The notes under the pieces: generated by a model | What the model saw: the letters and a program-made list of their open reading frames with translations, nothing else | Told to the model about the DNA's origin: nothing | Databases searched by the model: none | Translations under genes and position numbers: made by a program | In this document: positions 21,243 through 32,738 of the stretch, piece by piece | Layout: each line of letters begins with the position of its first letter | Position numbering within the stretch: the first letter of the stretch is position 1 | DNA from: an uncultured Gemmatimonadaceae bacterium | GTDB lineage: Bacteria > Gemmatimonadota > Gemmatimonadetes > Gemmatimonadales > Gemmatimonadaceae | Assembly (NCBI GenBank): GCA_963761305.1 | Contig: CAVXGK010000002.1 | Span: forward strand, 2,176,001-2,240,000 | DNA: 64,000 nt | Direction of reading: 5' to 3'

Positions 21243-22646
21243 CTACTTCTTGCCGGCGACGTCGACCAGCGTGCGATAGATCATCTCCGTGCCTTGCTGG
21301 AGCGACTTGATGCTTACCTTCTCGTCGTTGCCGTGCATGCGCGTCAGCTCGTCGGCGTCGATCGGATAGGGATAGATGCCGTACACCGGCACGCCGCGCG
21401 ACCGCCACGCCGCGGCGTCGGTGCTCGCCTGAAACAGATAGGGCGTCACCTCGGCACCGGGGAACGCGATGTGCGCTTCCTTTTCGAGCGCGCGGTAGAG
21501 CGCCGTCGTGTCGGGAGATTCGGGCGCGGCCGAGTACACGCGATCGCCGATCGAAAACTCGAGCCCCGGATCGCCGGCGATCTTCTTCAACGTCTCGACG
21601 AGCGCCGCCGGATCGCTCCCCGGGACCATACGGATATTGATCATTGCTTGCGCCGATCCGGGAATGACGTTGTTTCGAAATCCGCCGTTGATGATGACCG
21701 GTGCAATCGTGTTGCGAATCAGCGAATGCAGCAGCGGGTCCCGGCTGACGATCGAATCCGCGTGGCGCGCCTTCACCGGATCGCTGCCCACGACGTCTCG
21801 ATAGTAGCCGGACATCGGCGGCGTGCTCGTCTTCGCGAGGGCCAGGAAGAATCGTCTGGTCGACGGCGAGATGGTGAGCGGCGTCTCGTACGCCGAGATC
21901 TTCGCCATCGCTCGTGACAGAGCGAAGATCGCGTTGTCGGGGCGCGGCATCGAGCTGTGCGTCGACGTGCCGCGCGCCGTGATCGTGAGCGGAACCGACA
22001 GCTTGTCCGCCGTCGAGATGCTCACGTAGCGCACGTGCCCGTCGTCCGCCTTCATGATCCAACCGCCCTCGTTCAGCGCGAACTCGGCGTCGATGTCGGA
22101 CCAGCGCTCCTTGGCCAGCCACTCCGTGCTGTACGGACCGCCGCTCTCTTCGTCGGCTTCCGACAAGAAGATCACGTCGCGGGCGAGCGGAACCTTGCGC
22201 TCGGCGAGCATCATCACGGCGCGCACGAAGACCGCCATACCGCCTTTGACGTCGATCGCGCCGCGTCCGTAGACGTAGCCGTCCTTCACGACGCCGGCGA
22301 ACGGATCGACCGACCACTTGTCGCGCTCCACACCGACGACGTCCGCGTGCGCCGCGATCAACACCGGCCGCTTCGACCCGTCGCCGCGCAGCCGCGCGAT
22401 GATGTGCGTCTTCGCCGAGTCCGGCGTCGAGACGATCTTGACGTCGAAGCCGAGTGCGCGAAACCGCGGCGCGAGCACGTCGTCGACGAGCTGCGTGTGT
22501 CCGGGCGGGTTCGATGTATTCGCGCGAATCAACTCGCGAAGCAGTGCGACGGTCGAATCTTCGCCGGTCTGCGCGCCGGCGATCGCCGCGCCGAGCAACA
22601 TCGCCGCGACAATGCACGGCGCACTTCGGGGTATCGATCGGATCAT
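21243..22646 (-). CDS. Secreted M20/M25/M40 family metallohydrolase
   Basis: AHADVV, GRGAIDVKG, ADEESGG and MHGNDE; signal peptide. Confidence 0.92.
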   Translation of the reverse strand: MIRSIPRSAPCIVAAMLLGAAIAGAQTGEDSTVALLRELIRANTSNPPGHTQLVDDVLAPRFRALGFDVKIVSTPDSAKTHIIARLRGDGSKRPVLIAAHADVVGVERDKWSVDPFAGVVKDGYVYGRGAIDVKGGMAVFVRAVMMLAERKVPLARDVIFLSEADEESGGPYSTEWLAKERWSDIDAEFALNEGGWIMKADDGHVRYVSISTADKLSVPLTITARGTSTHSSMPRPDNAIFALSRAMAKISAYETPLTISPSTRRFFLALAKTSTPPMSGYYRDVVGSDPVKARHADSIVSRDPLLHSLIRNTIAPVIINGGFRNNVIPGSAQAMINIRMVPGSDPAALVETLKKIAGDPGLEFSIGDRVYSAAPESPDTTALYRALEKEAHIAFPGAEVTPYLFQASTDAAAWRSRGVPVYGIYPYPIDADELTRMHGNDEKVSIKSLQQGTEMIYRTLVDVAGKK

Positions 22647-22706
22647 GGTGGGGCGGAAGGAGCCGGCGGAGGAGGGCGAAGCCCGCGTCCGACTATCTAC
22701 GCCTCA

Positions 22707-22736
22707 CCCGTCCGCCTGTCCACCCGTCCACCTGTT
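22707..22736. repeat. Degenerate octamer array abutting the stop codon at 22737
   Basis: CCCGTCCG CCTGTCCA CCCGTCCA CCTGTT. Confidence 0.8.
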
Positions 22737-23492
22737 CTACTTGCTCGACAGCTTCGCGTACATGTCCCAGTACACGGCGACCCCGCACCGCTGCCCGGCG
22801 CGCGAATCCCACATGTAGCGCTGGTACTCCTTCGGCACTTCGTCGGGCGTGACGTACACCTCGAGCGCCATCAAATCCCCCGGCAGGTCGGGAACGAAGT
22901 TCGCCGCCGTCGCCGGACGCCCGTCAACCAGCGACACCATGCACTTGAGCCCGGACGCAACTGGAATTCTCCGGTTGCCATTGCGCGTGGGCCGCACGTC
23001 GACGCGAAATCCCGGGATGTCGCGAAAGAGATCAGCCGTGGAGAGAGGGTCCTTGTCGTCGATGTCCATGTAGTCCATGAACACGCCCTTGTCACCGCGT
23101 TTTTGCCGACACACGAATCCATCGAGCGAACGCTCCGGGCAACTGCCGTCGGCGTTGACGACGACCGTGTCGAGGTTGGCCTCACGGTGCTCGAGCGTCA
23201 GCGTCACGTCCAAGGACCCGTTGTCGTGAAGATCGGCCGTCGCTTCACCGGGCGAATAACCGAGCTTGCGCGCATGCAGCACATACTGCCCACCGCCGAC
23301 GCCTGTCATCGTGAAACGGCCGAGCGAGTCGGTGCGCGCATGGTGCGGGCCGGGCGTGGCGACGACCTCGGCGTTGCCGAGCGGGCGATTCGCCGAATCG
23401 CGAACGACGCCCCGCAGAGTGCCGCCCTGGGCGGCAGCTAGCGCCGGAAGCAGGGTCAGCGAAAAGACCAGCGAAGCGACGGGGAAGCGCAT
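22737..23492 (-). CDS. Secreted protein with carboxypeptidase-regulatory-like domain and plug-like C-terminus
   Basis: GTLRGVVRDS...TDSLGRF...ARKLGY; paralogous layout to 37032-37820. Confidence 0.75.
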   Translation of the reverse strand: MRFPVASLVFSLTLLPALAAAQGGTLRGVVRDSANRPLGNAEVVATPGPHHARTDSLGRFTMTGVGGGQYVLHARKLGYSPGEATADLHDNGSLDVTLTLEHREANLDTVVVNADGSCPERSLDGFVCRQKRGDKGVFMDYMDIDDKDPLSTADLFRDIPGFRVDVRPTRNGNRRIPVASGLKCMVSLVDGRPATAANFVPDLPGDLMALEVYVTPDEVPKEYQRYMWDSRAGQRCGVAVYWDMYAKLSSK

Positions 23493-23653
23493 ATTCGGAA
23501 GCTAAGGGTCTCGTAGGTGACCGCGCCAACCAACCCCCCACCTGACCGCGAAGCTCGCGCCAACTGGGACGAGACGGAGCCCTGTCGCCGCCCGGGCTCG
23601 GCGAACATACTTGTCGAACTTCCCCTCTACCCCTCCACGACCGGCGAGCGACG

Positions 23654-25564
23654 ATGAGCATTCGCGAAGATATCGAGTTCCTCGACCAGACCCAACACGA
23701 ATTGGAGTTCCTCGGCGAGGAGCTCGAAGAGACACAAGGCATCGACCGACGCGATTTCGTGTTCTGGTCGCTCGCGACGGCGGCCGCGACCACGTTCGGG
23801 TTCGGTTCGCGCGCCCTCGCGCAGGCGCCGGCGACAGCCGCGGCGGCGAACGCGCCGCAGCAAGCGCCGCTCCCGGAGCTTGGCAACGGCGAGCCCGTGG
23901 CATGGACGTTCCAGCCCTATCACGAGGGCACCGGCGCGCTCATGGAAAAGCTCATCCACGAGCGCGGCGCGGCGGCGTTCCAGCGCGCCACGTTCGTCGT
24001 CGAGCCGTGGACCGGGAAAGTGCCGACTGATCCCACCGAAATCGCGTTTCTCCCCGCGCACCGGCTCTCCGCGCTCATCAAGGCCCGTCACATCACGTCG
24101 ACGCAGCTCACGCGCATCTATCTCGACCGCATCAAGCGGCTCGACCCGACGCTGCTGTGCGCGGTCACGATCATGGAAGACCAGGCGATGGCCGAGGCGG
24201 CCAAGGCCGACACCGACCTCAAGGCCGGCAAGTATCACGGCCCGCTGCACGGCATTCCCTACGGCGTGAAGGATCTCTTCTCGGTGAAAGGCGTGCGCAC
24301 GACGTGGGGCTCGAAGGACTTCGAGAATCGCATCATCGACGAAGACGCCGAGATCGTCGTGCGGCTGCGCAACGCTGGCGCCGTGCTCATCGCCAAGCTG
24401 GCGACGGGACTCTTCGCGCAGGGCGATCAGTGGTATCGCGGACGCACGAACAACCCGTGGGACATTCGCCGCGGGTCGAGCGGGTCGTCGGCCGGCCCCG
24501 CGTCGGCGACGGCGTCGGGATGCGTCGCGTTCGGCATCGGGACGGAAACGTCGGGTTCTATCGTGTCGCCGTCACGGGAGTGCGGATTGAGCTCGCTGCG
24601 CCCGACGTTCGGGCGCGTCACCCGCCATGGCGGGATGGTGCTGGCGTGGTCGCAGGATCGCGTCGGTCCGCTCTGCCGCACGATCGAAGACGCCGCGATG
24701 GTGTTCAACACGATTCACGGCGTCGATCCGAAGGATCCGGGCACGATCACGGTGCCGTTCCACTTCGATCGAAACATCAAGCTCGCGTCGCTGCGCATCG
24801 GCGTCGACGCGAACGCGCCGAAGGAATTCGTCGACAAGCTGCGTGAGCTCGGCGCGACGCCCAAGGAAATCGCCGCGCGTCCCCAACTCGGCGGTGGCGG
24901 CGGCGGTGGAGGACTCGGCGTGGAATCGGCGGCGGCGTTCGATTCCTACGTGCAGTGGAAGGCCAAGGAGCTCGGCATCGACCTGGCGACGATTCCCGAG
25001 CCGCAGGGTCGCGGTGGCGGCCGAGGTTTTGCCGGCGGCGGCGCGGGGCGAGCTGGCGCGGACAGCGGCGCGGTTCGCGTCGCGGGTGCTCCGGCAGGTG
25101 GAGGTGGAGGAGGCGGCGGTGGCGGGGCCGGACGCGGCGACGCGGGGAATCCGACCGGGATGGCGGCGCTCACCCGCTGGACGGGCGGCCGATTCCCGCG
25201 CGCGTTCGACTTCGTGCAACAGCAGCGTCGCCGTCAGATCCTCATCACCCAGATGGCGGCACTGCTCCAGGACTTCGACATGTACGTGCCGAGCGCGAAC
25301 GGGTACGACGTCGGCCTGCACGCGCAGACGGGGCATCCGTGCGCGGTCGTGCCGTACAAGTTCGAGCCGCAGCCGGCCGGTCGCGGTGGTCGTGGTGGCG
25401 GCGGCGGCACGCCGATCGATTCGACGACGCCACCCGTGACCTACAACCCACAGCCGATCTGCACCGTGCTCGCGGGGAATCTGTACAACGACGACAAGAT
25501 TCTCTCGGTCGCGCACCAGTATCAGATTCACACGGACTGGCACACGAAGCATCCATCGCTCTGA
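23654..25564 (+). CDS. Amidase-signature family enzyme, probable Tat substrate
   Basis: GIPYGVKD, GSSGSSAG and GTETSGSIVSP; DRRDF twin-arginine motif. Confidence 0.92.
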   Translation: MSIREDIEFLDQTQHELEFLGEELEETQGIDRRDFVFWSLATAAATTFGFGSRALAQAPATAAAANAPQQAPLPELGNGEPVAWTFQPYHEGTGALMEKLIHERGAAAFQRATFVVEPWTGKVPTDPTEIAFLPAHRLSALIKARHITSTQLTRIYLDRIKRLDPTLLCAVTIMEDQAMAEAAKADTDLKAGKYHGPLHGIPYGVKDLFSVKGVRTTWGSKDFENRIIDEDAEIVVRLRNAGAVLIAKLATGLFAQGDQWYRGRTNNPWDIRRGSSGSSAGPASATASGCVAFGIGTETSGSIVSPSRECGLSSLRPTFGRVTRHGGMVLAWSQDRVGPLCRTIEDAAMVFNTIHGVDPKDPGTITVPFHFDRNIKLASLRIGVDANAPKEFVDKLRELGATPKEIAARPQLGGGGGGGGLGVESAAAFDSYVQWKAKELGIDLATIPEPQGRGGGRGFAGGGAGRAGADSGAVRVAGAPAGGGGGGGGGGAGRGDAGNPTGMAALTRWTGGRFPRAFDFVQQQRRRQILITQMAALLQDFDMYVPSANGYDVGLHAQTGHPCAVVPYKFEPQPAGRGGRGGGGGTPIDSTTPPVTYNPQPICTVLAGNLYNDDKILSVAHQYQIHTDWHTKHPSL

Positions 25565-25572
25565 CGGGTTTT

Positions 25573-25607
25573 CTGTCCAGCCGTCCACCTGTTCACCTGT
25601 CCACCCG
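25573..25607. repeat. Degenerate octamer array before ATG 25610
   Basis: CTGTCCAG CCGTCCAC CTGTTCAC CTGTCCAC CCG. Confidence 0.85.
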
Positions 25608-25609
25608 CC

Positions 25610-26221
25610 ATGCAACGTCGTGATCTGCTCCGGGCGTTCGGCGCCGCGACGGCGCTCGCGATCATTCCGCGCGACGCATTCGCGGCGTGGGAGCGCGTCG
25701 CCAGCGGGATTCGTCCCGCCGCGGGCTTAAGCGACGCGCACCTCGCGCTCGTCGGCGCGGTCGCGGATACGATTCTTCCGCGCACCGACTCGCCGAGCGC
25801 GACCGACGTGAACGTGCCGGCGTTCATCGACGTCATCCTGAGCGAGAACTACACCGACACCGAGCGCACGGCGTTCGTCGCGGGGCTCGACGTGCTCGAT
25901 TCGTGGACGCCGGTTTCGGCGACGCAGCAAGGCGCCGATTCGACGATCGTGCACGTGACGCGCCCGGTGCCGTTCGCCAGCGTCTCCGCCGAGGGTCGCG
26001 CGCAGATTCTCGACGCGATCGAACGAGCGCCGAGTCGGCGCGGCGAACCGATGCGGACGTACTGGCGGCTCAAGGGGCTCGTGATCCACGGCTACTTCAC
26101 GAGCGAGCGCGTGTCGAAGGACGTCCTGCACGTCGAAGTAATGCCGGGCCGCTTCGAGGGCTCGGCGCCGCTCGCGACGAAAGGGGCGAGCTCCTCGTCG
26201 CACGAGATGCACGATGCGTGA
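25610..26221 (+). CDS. Gluconate 2-dehydrogenase subunit 3 family protein (Tat)
   Basis: MQRRDLL, ADTILPRTDSPSA and GYFTSE. Confidence 0.85.
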   Translation: MQRRDLLRAFGAATALAIIPRDAFAAWERVASGIRPAAGLSDAHLALVGAVADTILPRTDSPSATDVNVPAFIDVILSENYTDTERTAFVAGLDVLDSWTPVSATQQGADSTIVHVTRPVPFASVSAEGRAQILDAIERAPSRRGEPMRTYWRLKGLVIHGYFTSERVSKDVLHVEVMPGRFEGSAPLATKGASSSSHEMHDA

Positions 26222-27905
26222 AACGATGCATTTCGACGCGATCGTCGTCGGCTCCGGCATCTCCGGCGGCTGGGCGGCGAAGGAGCTCACCGAGCACGGA
26301 CTCAAGACGCTCGTGCTCGAGGCGGGCGGCCCTGTCGATCCGAATCACGACTTCGTCGAGCACGTGCAGCCGTGGCAGATGCACTTCCGCGGACTTGGCG
26401 ACCGCAAGCTGCTCGAGGCCGACTATCCAATTCAGCGCGACTGCTACGCGTGCGATGAGATGGGCCACAAGTTCTTCGTGAAGGACGCGGAGAATCCGTA
26501 CACGAATCCGCAGGACGCGCCGTTCAAGTGGTTCCGCGGCCGGCACGTCGGCGGACGCTCGATCACGTGGGGCCGCCAGGTCTATCGCTGGAGCGATCTC
26601 GATTTCACGGCGAACGCCAAGGACGGCCACGGCAACGACTGGCCGATCCGCTACGCCGACATCGCGCCGTGGTATTCGCACGTCGAGCGGTTCATCGGCA
26701 TCACCGGCGCGCACGAAGGCTTGTCGCAACTGCCTGACGGCGAGTTCCTGCCGCCGATGCAGATGACGTGCGTCGAGCAGGACGCTCGGCCGAAGATTCT
26801 CAAGGCGTTCGGCGGCGAGCGCGTGATGACGATCGGCCGCGCGGCGATTCTCACGCAGGATCACAATGGCCGTCTCGCCTGTCACTACTGCGGTCCGTGC
26901 GAGCGCGGCTGCATCACGCAGTCGTACTTCAACAGCCTCGGCTCGACGCTGCCCGCGGCACAGAAGACAGGCAACCTCACGCTGCGGCCGAACAGCGTCG
27001 TCGCCGAAGTGACGTACGACGCGAAGAAAGGCCGCGCGACCGGCGTGCGCATCGTCGACGCGCAGACGCTGGAGACGCGCGAGTACACAGCACGGATCGT
27101 CTTCCTCTGCGCATCGGCGATCGAGTCGACTCGGCTGCTGCTCAATTCGAAGAGCGCGCGCTTCCCCGACGGGTTCGGGAACTCGAGCGGCGTGCTCGGC
27201 CGCTACGTGATGGACCATCACTACGGATCGGGCGCGTCGGGCACGGTGCCGGGCTTCACCGACAAGCGCACGATCGGCCATCGGCCGAATGGCATCTACA
27301 TCGTGCGGTTCCGCAACGTGAAGACGCAGCACCCGAATTTCCTGCGCGGCTACGGCATGCAAGGCGGGTCCGGGCGCGGCGGTTGGGGACGCGGGTCGAG
27401 CATCCCGGGCTACGGCGGAGCGTTCAAGCAGTCGTTGATCGACGAGCTCGGGCCGTGGTCGCTCTCGGCGTCGGGTTGGGGCGAGACGCTTCCCAACCCG
27501 GACAATCGCGTGACGATCGACTCTAACGTGAACGACAAATGGGGCATTCCCGCCGCGCACATCGAGGTGCGGTGGCGCGACAACGAGCGCGTGATGGACG
27601 AAGACATGAAGACCGCGATGGCCGAGATGCTCGACGCGGCCGGATGCACGGACATCCGCACGCACGGATCGAACAATCCGCCCGGCCACTGCATTCACGA
27701 GATGGGCGGCGCGCGCATGAGCAAGACGCCGAGCGAAGGCGTGCTCAATCGCTGGAACCAGTCGTGGGACGTGAAGAACCTCTTCATCACCGACGGCGCG
27801 TGCATGGCGAGCAACGGCTGTCAGAATCCGAGCATCACGTACATGGCGCTCACCGCTCGCGCCGTGTCGCACGCCGTCACCATGATGAAGCAGAACGCGC
27901 TGTGA
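26214..27905 (+). CDS. GMC-family FAD oxidoreductase (glycoside 3-dehydrogenase-like)
   Basis: GSGISGGWAAKELTE, WPIRY, CHYCGPCERGC, HEMGGARM and NPSITYMALTARA. Confidence 0.93.
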   Translation: MRETMHFDAIVVGSGISGGWAAKELTEHGLKTLVLEAGGPVDPNHDFVEHVQPWQMHFRGLGDRKLLEADYPIQRDCYACDEMGHKFFVKDAENPYTNPQDAPFKWFRGRHVGGRSITWGRQVYRWSDLDFTANAKDGHGNDWPIRYADIAPWYSHVERFIGITGAHEGLSQLPDGEFLPPMQMTCVEQDARPKILKAFGGERVMTIGRAAILTQDHNGRLACHYCGPCERGCITQSYFNSLGSTLPAAQKTGNLTLRPNSVVAEVTYDAKKGRATGVRIVDAQTLETREYTARIVFLCASAIESTRLLLNSKSARFPDGFGNSSGVLGRYVMDHHYGSGASGTVPGFTDKRTIGHRPNGIYIVRFRNVKTQHPNFLRGYGMQGGSGRGGWGRGSSIPGYGGAFKQSLIDELGPWSLSASGWGETLPNPDNRVTIDSNVNDKWGIPAAHIEVRWRDNERVMDEDMKTAMAEMLDAAGCTDIRTHGSNNPPGHCIHEMGGARMSKTPSEGVLNRWNQSWDVKNLFITDGACMASNGCQNPSITYMALTARAVSHAVTMMKQNAL

Positions 27906-28768
27906 CGCGCGATCTCTCTCGACGCGAAGCCCTCGCCGCGCTCGGTGCGTTGAGCGCGGGCGTCGCCCTCGGACCGCGCGCCGCGTTCGGCGAATCGCGA
28001 AGCGAATCGCGTGCATCGCGGCTCAAGCAGTCCGTCTCGCGCTGGTGCTACTCGGGCATCGCGCTCGACGATCTCTGCGAGTCGGCAAAATCGATCGGCT
28101 ACAAGTCGGTCGAGCTGTTGAGCGAGCCGGATTGGCCGGTGGTGAAGCGCCACGGTCTCGACTGCGCGATGGCGAACGGGTTCGGGCAGATTCCCGTCGG
28201 CTTCAATCGCCCGGACAACCATGACAAACTCGTCGCCGACGCGACGCGCATGCTGCCGCTCGTGGCCGCGGCGGGAATTCCGAACATCGTCGTGTTCAGC
28301 GGCAACCGCGCCGGGCTCTCCGACGGCGAGGGCATCACCAACTGCGTCGCCGGCCTCAAGCGCGTGACGCCGCTCGCCGAGCAGCACGGCGTGACGCTGT
28401 GTCTCGAGATGTTGAACAGCAAGGTCGATCACAAGGACTACCAGGCCGACCACACCGCGTGGGCCGTCCAGGTCGTGCAGGGCGTCGGGTCGCCGCGCCT
28501 CAAGCTGCTGTACGACATCTACCACATGCAGATCATGGAAGGCGACGTCATCCGGACGATCCGCAACAACGCGCCGCACATCGCGCACTATCACACCGGC
28601 GGGGTTCCCGGACGTGCCGAAATCGATGACACGCAGGAACTGAATTACCGTCGGGTGATGCAAGCCATCGCCGACGTGGGCTTCACCGGCTACGTGGGAC
28701 AGGAGTTCGTCCCCAAGCGCGACCCCGTCGCGTCGCTCAAGCAAGCGTACGAGATCTGTGACGTGTGA
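27902..28768 (+). CDS. Hydroxypyruvate isomerase / xylose-isomerase-like TIM barrel protein (Tat)
   Basis: GTGA overlap; SRREAL, LEMLNSKVDHKDY, LLYDIYHMQIMEGD and HYHTGGVPGR. Confidence 0.9.
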   Translation: MTRDLSRREALAALGALSAGVALGPRAAFGESRSESRASRLKQSVSRWCYSGIALDDLCESAKSIGYKSVELLSEPDWPVVKRHGLDCAMANGFGQIPVGFNRPDNHDKLVADATRMLPLVAAAGIPNIVVFSGNRAGLSDGEGITNCVAGLKRVTPLAEQHGVTLCLEMLNSKVDHKDYQADHTAWAVQVVQGVGSPRLKLLYDIYHMQIMEGDVIRTIRNNAPHIAHYHTGGVPGRAEIDDTQELNYRRVMQAIADVGFTGYVGQEFVPKRDPVASLKQAYEICDV

Positions 28769-28833
28769 ACCGCGATGCCGCCATCGAGGGCGGATCGCGC
28801 CGAGCGAGTCACTGTTGGCAGCGACCAAATTGA

Positions 28834-28946
28834 ACGCACATGCAGCAGATTTGAAAAGCGATTGCCGCAGATGAACGGCGAACGAAGGAGGAGGCAACCT
28901 TCGTTTTCATCTGCGGCATTGTCGTTGAAATCTGCGGCATCTGCGT
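28834..28946. repeat. REP/MITE-like palindromic element, copy 2 (GCAGAT family)
   Basis: Same arms as 8073-8181, with a different central hairpin (AACGAAGG...CCTTCGTT). Confidence 0.85.
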
Positions 28947-29054
28947 CACCTCTTCTTCCACTGCCTCGAGCCCGGTCAAGCGGCTGGAGGCCCGCGCGCG
29001 ATTCGCTTGCCGCCCGGCGCGGCGACAGGCATCTTCAAACGAGAGGTTCACGCG

Positions 29055-29175
29055 GTCCACCTGTCCACCTGTCCACCTGTCCACCTGTCCACCTGTCCAC
29101 CTGTCCACCTGTCCACCTGTCCACCTGTCCACCTGTCCACCTGTCCACCTGTCCACCTGTCCACCTGTCCACCTG
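29055..29175. repeat. (GTCCACCT)x15 tandem array ending 3 nt before the ilvE ATG
   Basis: Direct count of perfect units. Confidence 0.97.
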
Positions 29176-29178
29176 ATC

Positions 29179-30141
29179 ATGGCTCCCTTCATCAAATCCG
29201 ATTTTATCTGGCTCAACGGCGAGCTCGTTCGCTGGGCCGACGCCACGATCAACGTCAGCGCGCACGCGCTCCAGTACGGCACCGGCGTGTTCGAGGGGAT
29301 GCGCAGCTACGAAACGCCCGACGGGCCGGCGATCTTCCGTCTCGACGCGCACATCCGGCGGCTGTTCATGTCGGCGTCGTTCTACGAGATCGGCATTCCG
29401 TTCAGCTTCGATCAACTGTGCGCCGCGTCGCTCGACGTCGTTCGTGCCAACGGCCTCACCAACGCGTATCTCCGTCCGCTGGCATTCTTCGACTCGTACA
29501 GCTTCGCCGTCTGGCCGAAGGACTGTCCCGTGAGCGTGGCGATCATCGCCGTGCCCGGGAAGCCGTATTTCCAGGGTGAATCGAACCGCGGGGTGCGGAC
29601 CACTCTGTCGTCGGTCAGCCGCATCGATGCGTCGACGCTGCCGCCGTTCGTCAAGGCGTGCGGCCACTACACGAACTCGGTCCGCGCCGTGCAGGAGGCC
29701 ATTCGCCGCGGCTATGACGACGCGATTCTGCTCAACTCCAAGGGGGACGTCGCCGAGGGGTCGGGTGCCAACCTGTTCGTCGTGCGCGACGGCACGTTGA
29801 TCACGAACGACGTCGACGCGTCGATCGTCATGGGCATCACCCGCGACAGCGTCCTCACCATCGCGCGCGGACTCGAGATTCCCGTCACCGTGCGTCCGAT
29901 CAGCACGAGCGACATCGCGCTCGCCGACGAGCTGTTCTTCTCGGGCACGGCGGTCGAGATCATGCCGATCACCGAAGTCGACGGACGCACGATAGGCGAC
30001 GGGCGCCCAGGGATGGTCACCAAGCGGGTGCAGCAGATGTTCTTCGACGCGGTGTACGGCCGGTCGGACCGGTATCGCGACTGGCTCGCCTACGCGTCGC
30101 ACGGCGCGCCGGCAACCGCCGAAGCGGTCGCCGGCGTCTGA
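29179..30141 (+). CDS. ilvE: Branched-chain amino acid aminotransferase
   Basis: HALQYGTGVFEG, KACGHY, EGSGANLF, GITR and GTAVEI. Confidence 0.95.
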   Translation: MAPFIKSDFIWLNGELVRWADATINVSAHALQYGTGVFEGMRSYETPDGPAIFRLDAHIRRLFMSASFYEIGIPFSFDQLCAASLDVVRANGLTNAYLRPLAFFDSYSFAVWPKDCPVSVAIIAVPGKPYFQGESNRGVRTTLSSVSRIDASTLPPFVKACGHYTNSVRAVQEAIRRGYDDAILLNSKGDVAEGSGANLFVVRDGTLITNDVDASIVMGITRDSVLTIARGLEIPVTVRPISTSDIALADELFFSGTAVEIMPITEVDGRTIGDGRPGMVTKRVQQMFFDAVYGRSDRYRDWLAYASHGAPATAEAVAGV

Positions 30142-30165
30142 GACTCTGAGCCGCGCGAGCGAAGT

Positions 30166-30190
30166 GCAGTAGCGCGGATCGCGCTACTGC
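30166..30190. terminator. Hairpin between convergent ilvE and FKBP genes
   Basis: GCAGTAGCGCG-GAT-CGCGCTACTGC. Confidence 0.55.
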
Positions 30191-30684
30191 TGCGACGACA
30201 GGAGTTGAACGGTGAAGACGAGCGTCGCGTTGCTGGGAATCGACGGCTGGTTTCCGGTCGTGCCGTAGCCCAGCGACGAGCCGATCACCAGTCGTCGCGT
30301 GCTGCCGACGCGCATGCCGACGAGTCCCTCGTCCCAGCCCTTGATGACTTGCCCTTCGCCAAGTCTTAACGGGAACGGCGTCTTGCCGACGTTGCTGTCG
30401 AATTGCGTTCCGTTGGCGAGCCAGCCGATGTAGGTCACGTTAAGACTGTCTCCCGATGCCGCGACCCCGCCGCTGCCGACGACGAGATCCTGGATGTAGA
30501 GCGAACTCGAAAGCTTGGTCATCGCCGAGAGGTCGACGCCGAGCGACGACGCGAACGTCGTCGTCGCCGGGTCGGAGCCGGGCGGCGAGTCCGAGGTGGA
30601 AGACGTCGAGTCCGAACAACTCGCCACCAGCGCGACCAGCGCGACCAGCGCGAACGCGGCCGCAAAAATTCCTTTGTGCGACAA
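30184..30684 (-). CDS. FKBP-type peptidyl-prolyl isomerase, lipoprotein
   Basis: YIGWLANGTQFDS, VIKGWDEGL and IPSNATLVFTV; lipobox VASC; TTG start inferred. Confidence 0.9.
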   Translation of the reverse strand: MSHKGIFAAAFALVALVALVASCSDSTSSTSDSPPGSDPATTTFASSLGVDLSAMTKLSSSLYIQDLVVGSGGVAASGDSLNVTYIGWLANGTQFDSNVGKTPFPLRLGEGQVIKGWDEGLVGMRVGSTRRLVIGSSLGYGTTGNQPSIPSNATLVFTVQLLSSQQ

Positions 30685-30709
30685 ATTCAATTCCTGGAAG
30701 AGTGTCCAG

Positions 30710-32584
<1,875 letters not shown>

Positions 32585-32675
32585 GCGGCCACCTCCGGCT
32601 TCGGAAGGCGTGAGCGGGTCAGGACCGCTCTTCTGCACACTCGGGGCCGCCAGACCAAGAGCTGACGGAACGAAG

Positions 32676-32711
32676 CCGGCGTACGCGCAAGCGAGCTCAC
32701 GCGTACGCCGG
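32676..32711 (-). terminator. 12-bp hairpin downstream of the M14 gene
   Basis: CCGGCGTACGCG...CGCGTACGCCGG. Confidence 0.55.
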
Positions 32712-32738
32712 AGTATCACGGATCGGCTGAACGACGTG

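Noticed and set aside
20692..22617. 641-aa ORF
   Set aside because: Only the last 165 aa are protein-like; the rest overlaps the M20 gene out of frame
29055..29175. CRISPR array or repeat-protein ORFs (STCPPVHL / WTGGQVDR) at the octamer arrays, also at 56496
   Set aside because: No spacers or cas genes; the peptides are just translations of a stop-free 8-mer
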